Virus record (IMG/VR): IMGVR_UViG_3300018031_000005
Location: 1 to 64,000 of that record
DNA length: 64,000 nucleotides
Reading direction: 5' to 3' (one strand)
Source of the DNA: a virus
The position numbers were made by a program, and so were the translations under genes. Under the pieces are notes generated by a model. That model had not been told where the DNA came from, made no database searches, and worked only from the letters and a program-made list of their open reading frames with translations. How positions within the stretch are numbered: position 1 is the stretch's first letter; the number at the start of each line of letters is the position of its first letter. Positions 7,160-11,886 of the stretch are shown piece by piece.

Positions 7160-7234
7160 ACGGCGGTGGTGTAACAGTAGCATCACGGTCTCCAAAGCCG
7201 TTGGGTGAGGGTGCAAATCCTTCCTGCCGTGCCA
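7160..7234 (+). tRNA. tRNA-Trp (CCA)
   Basis: Acceptor ACGGCGG/CTGCCGT; ACGGT-CTCCAAA-GCCGT; T arm GAGGG-TGCAAAT-CCTTC; encoded CCA. Confidence 0.85.
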
Positions 7235-7256
7235 ATTTTAGTAAAGGATTAAAAAC

Positions 7257-7439
7257 ATGATTATAACGACAGATTTTATAGGAATAAATAAAGTATATAG
7301 GCAAGTAAGTGAAGAGTTTAAAGCAAATAAAATACCAGTTATGCCTTTTAAAGATTTTTTGACTAAAATAAATATTCCAGTAATCGAAGTTAAGGAGATC
7401 AAAGAAGAAGATGAGAACGATAGAACAAAAGAGAGCTAG
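7257..7439 (+). CDS. hypothetical protein (60 aa)
   Basis: ORF track; overlaps the start of the next gene. Confidence 0.4.
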   Translation: MIITTDFIGINKVYRQVSEEFKANKIPVMPFKDFLTKINIPVIEVKEIKEEDENDRTKES

Positions 7440-7794
7440 TCAAAGAAAATCATATTATAAACATCATTATAGAAATAAGGCTAGAATAAATGCTAATAAC
7501 AAAATTCATAGAAATCAAAAAAAGAAAATGGCCAAAAGATTTCTTTTATTTAAAGGATGTTTGGTTTGTAAATATAAAAAATGTGATAGAGCGTTAGACT
7601 TTCATCATTTAGATCCCAAAATTAAGAATAGAGCTGTTAGTAGGATGATTTATGAAAATCATTCCATGAAGAGATTTAGGGAAGAAATAAGGAAATGTAT
7701 TGTATTGTGTGCTAATTGTCATAGAGAATTTCATGCAGGATTAATTAATTTAAAGGAATATATGAATCATTCGTCGTCAAGTTCGAGTATTTAG
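7411..7794 (+). CDS. HNH endonuclease
   Basis: CLVCKYKKC ... DFHHLDP ... VLCANCHREFH, an HNH/zinc-finger pattern. The G of the TAG stop is nt 1 of tRNA-Ser. Confidence 0.75.
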   Translation: MRTIEQKRASQRKSYYKHHYRNKARINANNKIHRNQKKKMAKRFLLFKGCLVCKYKKCDRALDFHHLDPKIKNRAVSRMIYENHSMKRFREEIRKCIVLCANCHREFHAGLINLKEYMNHSSSSSSI

Positions 7795-7880
7795 GAGAGT
7801 GGCGGGCAGTGGTGCTCAGCTAGTCTTGAAAACTAGGCCAGCCTACAAAGCTGAGGGTTCGACTCCTTCGCTCTCCGCCA
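7794..7880 (+). tRNA. tRNA-Ser (TGA), class II
   Basis: Acceptor GGAGAGT/GCTCTCC; CTAGT-CTTGAAA-ACTAG; long variable arm CAGC-CTACAAA-GCTG; T arm GAGGG-TTCGACT-CCTTC; encoded CCA. Confidence 0.85.
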
Positions 7881-7882
7881 AT

Positions 7883-7975
7883 GGAAGGGAGCCGGATATT
7901 GGCTAGCCGGATCTGTTTGCTAAACAGTTATGCTCCTTAAAAGCATTATGAGTTCGATTCTCATTCCTTCCGCCA
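7883..7975 (+). tRNA. tRNA-Ser (GCT), class II
   Basis: Acceptor GGAAGGG/TCCTTCC; anticodon loop TTGCTAA; long variable arm ATGCT-CCTTAAA-AGCAT; T arm ATGAG-TTCGATT-CTCAT; encoded CCA. Confidence 0.8.
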
Positions 7976-7998
7976 AACTTTTTAAAAGGACCCTATTT

Positions 7999-8358
7999 AT
8001 GAAAGAGCTATTATTTTCAGTAACAAAAAAGGATTTAGAGATAAGTTATTATAGTGGACATGGACCAGGAGGACAAAAACGAAATAAATGTAAAAACTGT
8101 GTTCGCATAAGCCATCCAGATTCGGGAGCCATGGTGACAGCGCAAGAAGAGAGAAGTAAAGAACAAAATCTTAAGAATGCATTTAATAGACTTGTAAAAC
8201 ATCCCAAATTTATTATATGGCACAAACGTAAAGTGTGGGAAATATTAAATAAGAAAACTATTGAACAACTGATTAACGAACAAATGGCTGATAAAAATAT
8301 AAAAATAGAAGTACTGCGAGACGATAAATGGGTTTTATGGAGCGAAGTAAATGAATAA
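7999..8358 (+). CDS. GGQ-motif peptidyl-tRNA hydrolase domain protein (RF-1 domain, ArfB-like)
   Basis: ORF 7930..8358 trimmed to ATG 7999, because the upstream part overlaps tRNA-Ser. SGHGPGGQKRNK ... VTAQEERSKEQNLKNAFNRL matches the class I release factor GGQ domain. Only about 119 aa, so no codon-recognition domains. Confidence 0.75.
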   Translation: MKELLFSVTKKDLEISYYSGHGPGGQKRNKCKNCVRISHPDSGAMVTAQEERSKEQNLKNAFNRLVKHPKFIIWHKRKVWEILNKKTIEQLINEQMADKNIKIEVLRDDKWVLWSEVNE

Positions 8359-8647
8359 TATTAAATGCATTTGTGGTTGGGAGCCTACTTATGTTGGATT
8401 GAATTATATAGAATGTCAAAATCCATATTGTGCAAATTTTAAATATGATTATTTTATACCTATGGATGAATATGAGAAAATGTTGGATGAATATTGTAGA
8501 AAGAATAATCTTGATTATTTATATCCTTTTTCTAAGAGGAAAAGAAGGGTTTTACTAGAGAAATTTTGTAACAAACATGCAAATTATTTCGTAGATAAGC
8601 GGTGGGACATTTTTCAAAAATTTTGTGAAGAAAATGATAATGACTAA
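8351..8647 (+). CDS. hypothetical Cys-containing protein (98 aa)
   Basis: ORF track. Confidence 0.5.
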   Translation: MNNIKCICGWEPTYVGLNYIECQNPYCANFKYDYFIPMDEYEKMLDEYCRKNNLDYLYPFSKRKRRVLLEKFCNKHANYFVDKRWDIFQKFCEENDND

Positions 8648-8840
8648 TAATGAAATTTTAGATAGAATAATAAAAAATGCATTTAGGTTAAGTCATCTTG
8701 CAATATATTATGAAAAGATGATGGATAATAAGCAACTTGATTTTGAGCAAGAACAAAAGTTAGAAGTTTATTTTAGGATTAAAAGGAATCAAGAGGAATT
8801 ATTAGGAAAACTTAAAAGAATAAATGGTGTCATGGTATAA
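8625..8840 (+). CDS. hypothetical protein (71 aa)
   Basis: ORF track. The last 15 nt, including TAA, lie inside tRNA-Asp. Confidence 0.45.
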   Translation: MKKMIMTNNEILDRIIKNAFRLSHLAIYYEKMMDNKQLDFEQEQKLEVYFRIKRNQEELLGKLKRINGVMV

Positions 8841-8900
8841 TGGCTATTATATCGCACTGTCGATGCGATGATTGGGGTTCAATTCCCCGTGGCACCGCCA
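8826..8900 (+). tRNA. tRNA-Asp (GTC)
   Basis: Acceptor GGTGTCA/TGGCACC; TCGCA-CTGTCGA-TGCGA; T arm TGGGG-TTCAATT-CCCCG; encoded CCA. Confidence 0.85.
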
Positions 8901-9014
8901 GTTAATAATTTATTTATCAACAGTTCGGTGCGCCAGTTGCAACGGAAGGCGTTAAATGGGGCGAATATCACCAGCCGACTTTTAAATAGGAGTATAAAAG
9001 ATAAAGTAAAATAT

Positions 9015-9092
9015 GGGGCATGAACCCAAAGTCAACGAGGGGTTTGCCTGTGAAGTAAATTTTAGTCAGTGTGAGTCTGACCTTGCCTCCCA
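9015..9092 (+). tRNA. tRNA-His (GTG) with encoded G-1
   Basis: Extra 5' G opposite discriminator C73. Acceptor GGGCATG/CTTGCCT (one mismatch); TTTGC-CTGTGAA-GTAAA; T arm GTCAG-TGTGAGT-CTGAC; encoded CCA. Confidence 0.75.
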
Positions 9093-9097
9093 AAATT

Positions 9098-9171
9098 GCC
9101 GGAATCGTATAACGATATTACCCGGAGCCTGTAACTCCGTGATGGCCGTTTAATTCGACCTTCCGGCTCCA
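9098..9171 (+). tRNA. tRNA-Thr (TGT)
   Basis: Acceptor GCCGGAA/TTCCGGC; CGGAG-CCTGTAA-CTCCG (C at position 33); T arm GGCCG-TTTAATT-CGACC (one mismatch); encoded CCA. Confidence 0.75.
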
Positions 9172-9173
9172 AT

Positions 9174-9251
9174 CGAGGAGAAGCATAAGTAGTTATATGC
9201 CCGTGTCTTATAAACACGAGACAAAAGGTGCAAGTCCTTTCTCCTCGACCA
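9174..9251 (+). tRNA. tRNA-Ile (TAT)
   Basis: Acceptor CGAGGAG/CTCCTCG; D arm GCAT-AAGTAGTTAT-ATGC; CGTGT-CTTATAA-ACACG; T arm AAAGG-TGCAAGT-CCTTT; encoded CCA. Confidence 0.85.
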
Positions 9252-9284
9252 TTTAAAAAATAAAGATTTAATAAGGAGTTTAAT

Positions 9285-9642
9285 ATGTATGAATGTACAA
9301 AAAATACACAAAAATTAAAAATAACTGAAGCAATTAAAGATATGAATATATATATCTCATTTTGAAGGTCCTATTAGTTCCATTATAAATCGTCTTAAAA
9401 AAATTGAAAAAAGTGCTCAAGCCTATGGATATCATAATATTTACTTACTAACAGGATATGATCATAATGGTGATTGTGTTGTAGAGGCTATTGGAGACAG
9501 ATTTGAAAGCGACGAAAAGTTAGAAAAAAGATTGTTTGCACTAAAGAAAGACAAAGAAGTAAAACAAAAAGAAAGAAATAAAAAAGATGTGCAAGAACGC
9601 AAAGAATACGAAAGACTAAGGGCTAAGTTTGAAGTAGTATAA
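9285..9642 (+). pseudogene. hypothetical gene split by a frameshift in an (AT)5 tract
   Basis: ATG 9285 with a strong AAGGAG SD reads 26 codons to TGA 9363. A long stop-free frame, +1 relative to it and lacking an ATG, continues from the AT tract (9346-9355) to TAA 9640. One extra AT unit would join the two. Confidence 0.4.
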
Positions 9643-9746
9643 TAATGTGGTGTACTTTACTGTAAACATTTATTTTATGGAATACCCATTGCTATATGCC
9701 TTATATTTGCTGTAATCTTAAATTATAAATTGAAGAAATAAGAAAA

Positions 9747-10196
9747 ATGATTGAAATTACGACTGATCAGAAAACATTAACATCGCCTTGTGAAGAATTA
9801 AAAAAAGATGATTATCATATTTTTAATGCATTAGAAGAATGCTTATTAAGATATCCAGATGGAGTAGGGTTAGCAGCACCGCAAATAGGAATACTTAAAC
9901 GTGCTTTTATTATTAAATCATATAAAGGATTTCTAAGATTTGCTAATCCACAAATTGTTAAAGGTGAAAATCTTATTAGTTCAATTGAAGGTTGTTTAAG
10001 TATACCAGAAAAAATTTTTAAAGTTGATAGATATGAAAATATTGTATTTAAAGATGAAATTAATGATATACATAACATTTATGGAACTTTATCAATTATC
10101 TTTCAACATGAATATGATCATATAAATGGCATAACTTTATTACAAAAAGGAAAATTAATATTGATTAATACCGATGTAAATTGCCGAGTCGTCTAA
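9747..10196 (+). CDS. def: peptide deformylase
   Basis: The three deformylase motifs are present: GVGLAAPQIG, EGCLSIP, QHEYDHINGI. The last 15 nt, including TAA, lie inside tRNA-Gln. Confidence 0.85.
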   Translation: MIEITTDQKTLTSPCEELKKDDYHIFNALEECLLRYPDGVGLAAPQIGILKRAFIIKSYKGFLRFANPQIVKGENLISSIEGCLSIPEKIFKVDRYENIVFKDEINDIHNIYGTLSIIFQHEYDHINGITLLQKGKLILINTDVNCRVV

Positions 10197-10258
10197 TTTG
10201 ATAGGACTTCTCGCTTTGAACGAGAAAGATGCTGGTTTGAATCCAGCCTCGGCATCCA
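10182..10258 (+). tRNA. tRNA-Gln (TTG)
   Basis: Acceptor TGCCGAG/CTCGGCA; D arm GTC-TAATTTGATAG-GAC; TCTCG-CTTTGAA-CGAGA; T arm GCTGG-TTTGAAT-CCAGC; encoded CCA. Confidence 0.85.
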
Positions 10259-10259
10259 T

Positions 10260-10335
10260 TGCGGGGTCATCTAATTTGGTAGGATGATAGCCTCTGAAGC
10301 TATTCATATTGGTTCGATTCCAGTTCCCGCAGCCA
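10260..10335 (+). tRNA. tRNA-Gln (CTG)
   Basis: Acceptor TGCGGGG/TCCCGCA; D arm ATC-TAATTTGGTAG-GAT; ATAGC-CTCTGAA-GCTAT; T arm ATTGG-TTCGATT-CCAGT; encoded CCA. Confidence 0.85.
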
Positions 10336-10393
10336 ATTTGAATAAACTTTATTTTATAAACGTTCTATTTTAGAAAGGTTCTTTGATAATTAA

Positions 10394-10733
10394 AAATCTT
10401 TGGTAGTCAAGCAACAGCTTTCGTCGCCCGCCCATGCGGGAGGAAAGTCCGGGCTCCATAGAGAGCATAGTGGCTAACGGCCATCCGTCGTGAGACGAGG
10501 ATTGCGAGCAGAGACGAGTCTTATTATATTTTGTCAACGTATCGTAAGATGTAAGAATATAATAAGGGTGAAACGGCTAAATATCTATGTGGAGCAAGTT
10601 CAAATAGGAACCAAGACATCTCTAGTCATTAAGGTTCGGGTAGAATGCTACAGGTTGTTAGTAATAATAATCGCAGAGAAATGACGAATTAAAACAAAAC
10701 CCGGCTTATTCGTTACTTGATTATCAGAGATTT
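10394..10733 (+). ncRNA. rnpB: RNase P RNA, bacterial type A
   Basis: Universal blocks are present: GAGGAAAGTCCGGGCTCCATAG, AAGGGTGAAACGG, GGAGCAAGTTCAAATAGG, GGTTCGGGTAGAATGC, ACAAAACCCGGCTTAT. An 18-bp terminal stem joins 10394-10411 to 10716-10733. Length is about 340 nt. Confidence 0.9.
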
Positions 10734-10747
10734 AAATTTAAAATTAT

Positions 10748-10822
10748 GGTTCGCAAGCATTAATAGTGATGCATTTCGCTCTTAACGAAAGGAACAGTTG
10801 GCAGTACACTGGCGGACCACCA
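10748..10822 (+). tRNA. tRNA-Lys (CTT)
   Basis: Acceptor GGTTCGC/GCGGACC; D arm GCAT-TAATAGTG-ATGC; TTTCG-CTCTTAA-CGAAA; irregular T arm CAGT..ACTG; encoded CCA. Confidence 0.7.
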
Positions 10823-10830
10823 GAAAATAT

Positions 10831-10906
10831 AGGCGTATGGCCAAAAGGTTAAGGCTCCTGCCTTACAAGCAGGAAATTGTAGGTTCGAGTCCTACTACGC
10901 CTACCA
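10831..10906 (+). tRNA. tRNA-Val (TAC)
   Basis: Acceptor AGGCGTA/TACGCCT; CCTGC-CTTACAA-GCAGG; T arm GTAGG-TTCGAGT-CCTAC; encoded CCA. Confidence 0.9.
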
Positions 10907-10915
10907 GAAATAAGT

Positions 10916-10993
10916 GTGGCTCTGGCAGAGTTAGTTAACGCATCCGGCTGAAGCCCGGACTATCTCGGTGCGATTCCGGGGGGGGCCACACCA
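10916..10993 (+). tRNA. tRNA-Phe (GAA), with 2 extra nt in a G8 run
   Basis: Acceptor GTGGCTC/GGGCCAC; TCCGG-CTGAAGC-CCGGA; T arm CTCGG-TGCGATT-CCGGG. Two surplus G lie between the T stem and the acceptor 3' strand. Encoded CCA. Confidence 0.7.
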
Positions 10994-10995
10994 AT

Positions 10996-11072
10996 GCTTC
11001 GGTAGTCCAACTGGCAGAGATAAGGGTCTTAAAAGCCCCAAAGTGTGGGTTCAAATCCCACCCGAAGCACCA
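10996..11072 (+). tRNA. tRNA with Leu anticodon TAA, short (class I-like) variable region
   Basis: Acceptor GCTTCGG/CCGAAGC; GGGT-CTTAAAA-GCCC; 5-nt variable region; T arm GTGGG-TTCAAAT-CCCAC; A73; encoded CCA. Confidence 0.7.
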
Positions 11073-11083
11073 TTGAAAATTAA

Positions 11084-11159
11084 GCCGTTGTAGCCCAAAA
11101 GCAGAGGCACATCTCTCAAAAAGATGTTAGTGTTGGTGCGAGTCCATCCAACGGCACCA
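11084..11159 (+). tRNA. tRNA with Leu anticodon CAA, short variable region
   Basis: Acceptor GCCGTTG/CAACGGC; CATCT-CTCAAAA-AGATG; 5-nt variable region; T arm GTTGG-TGCGAGT-CCATC; A73; encoded CCA. Confidence 0.75.
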
Positions 11160-11168
11160 GAAATTAGT

Positions 11169-11245
11169 GGCCAAGTATCCCAAATGGCAGAGGAGTTGGT
11201 CTTAGAAATCAATTGTTGTGAGTTCGAGTCTCACCTTGGCCACCA
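11169..11245 (+). tRNA. tRNA with Leu anticodon TAG, short variable region
   Basis: Acceptor GGCCAAG/CTTGGCC; TTGGT-CTTAGAA-ATCAA; 5-nt variable region; T arm GTGAG-TTCGAGT-CTCAC; A73; encoded CCA. Confidence 0.75.
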
Positions 11246-11252
11246 TTTTTAT

Positions 11253-11328
11253 GGCTCGTTAGCCAAGTGGAAAGGCGGAAATCTGCAAAATTTCTATTAC
11301 ATAGGTTCGATTCCTATACGGGCCTCCA
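11253..11328 (+). tRNA. tRNA-Cys (GCA)
   Basis: Acceptor GGCTCGT/ACGGGCC; GAAAT-CTGCAAA-ATTTC; T arm ATAGG-TTCGATT-CCTAT; discriminator U73; encoded CCA. Confidence 0.85.
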
Positions 11329-11340
11329 TTGAAATTAAAG

Positions 11341-11427
11341 GGGTCAGTGTGCCGAGCAGCGAAGGCAAGAGTCTGTAAAACTCCCACAACTGAAACAACG
11401 TAGGTGCGAGTCCTACCTGACCCACCA
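11341..11427 (+). tRNA. tRNA-Tyr (GTA), class II
   Basis: Acceptor GGGTCAG/CTGACCC; D arm TGCC-GAGCAGCGAA-GGCA; anticodon loop CTGTAAA; long variable arm; T arm GTAGG-TGCGAGT-CCTAC; encoded CCA. Confidence 0.85.
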
Positions 11428-11430
11428 CGT

Positions 11431-11506
11431 GCGTTCTTGGTGTTAATAGCTAGCATATAGCCTTGCCAAGGCTACGGTGCGGGTGCAAGTCCCGCAGAAC
11501 GCTCCA
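11431..11506 (+). tRNA. tRNA-Gly (GCC)
   Basis: Acceptor GCGTTCT/AGAACGC; TAGCC-TTGCCAA-GGCTA; T arm GCGGG-TGCAAGT-CCCGC; U73; encoded CCA. Confidence 0.85.
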
Positions 11507-11525
11507 TTTTAAAAGATTAATTTAT

Positions 11526-11774
11526 ATGAAAGTAGTACATTGTAAAAAAGAACGATATGATGTTTATATTGGTAGACCATCTAAATGGAGAAATCCGTTT
11601 GTGATTGGTAAAGATGGAAATAGAGAAGAAGTCATAGAAAAATATAAAAAGTGGTTATTGAATAATAAAGAACTTATGGCAGATTTATGGGAATTAAGAG
11701 GTAAAATACTAGCATGTTGGTGTGCTCCTCAATCTTGCCATGGCGATGTATTATTAGAGTTAGCAAATAAATGA
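11526..11774 (+). CDS. DUF4326-like protein
   Basis: ORF 11463..11774 trimmed to ATG 11526, because the upstream part overlaps tRNA-Gly. YIGRPSKWRNPF ... LACWCAPQSCHGDVL pattern. The TGA stop overlaps the first 2 nt of the next tRNA. Confidence 0.55.
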   Translation: MKVVHCKKERYDVYIGRPSKWRNPFVIGKDGNREEVIEKYKKWLLNNKELMADLWELRGKILACWCAPQSCHGDVLLELANK

Positions 11775-11848
11775 GCTATTAGTGTTTAACAGCAGCACGT
11801 CGTCCTTCCAAGTCGAAAGTGAGGATGCAACTTCCTCATAGCTCTCCA
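11773..11848 (+). tRNA. tRNA-Gly (TCC)
   Basis: Acceptor GAGCTAT/ATAGCTC; TCGTC-CTTCCAA-GTCGA (one mismatch); T arm GAGGA-TGCAACT-TCCTC; U73; encoded CCA. Confidence 0.8.
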
Positions 11849-11886
11849 AAATATAATAGAGATTTATACATAAAATTGTGCAGGAA

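Noticed and set aside
7044-7304. Minus-strand ORF of 86 aa
   Set aside because: It is antisense to tRNA-Trp and to a small plus-strand CDS that has a good SD. There are no start signals.
8901-9014. Structured intergenic segment (GGTGCGCC...GGCG...CACC, with TCGG/CCGA), considered as tmRNA, SRP RNA or an extra tRNA
   Set aside because: There is no T-arm, no acceptor/CCA end, no GGAA/AGCA SRP motif and no tag-peptide frame. It is too short for tmRNA. It may be a terminator-like hairpin or an unknown small RNA, but I cannot support a call.
10490-10684. Plus-strand ORF of 64 aa
   Set aside because: It sits inside the RNase P RNA.
10996-11072. Ochre-suppressor reading (anticodon TTA) of the tRNA with loop CTTAAAA
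   Set aside because: The alternative register leaves only one Watson-Crick pair in the stem. The GGGT/GCCC stem fixes the anticodon as TAA (Leu codon UUA).
11124-11456. ORFs 11124..11378 (+) and 11259..11456 (-)
   Set aside because: They span the Leu, Cys and Tyr tRNA genes and are not coding.
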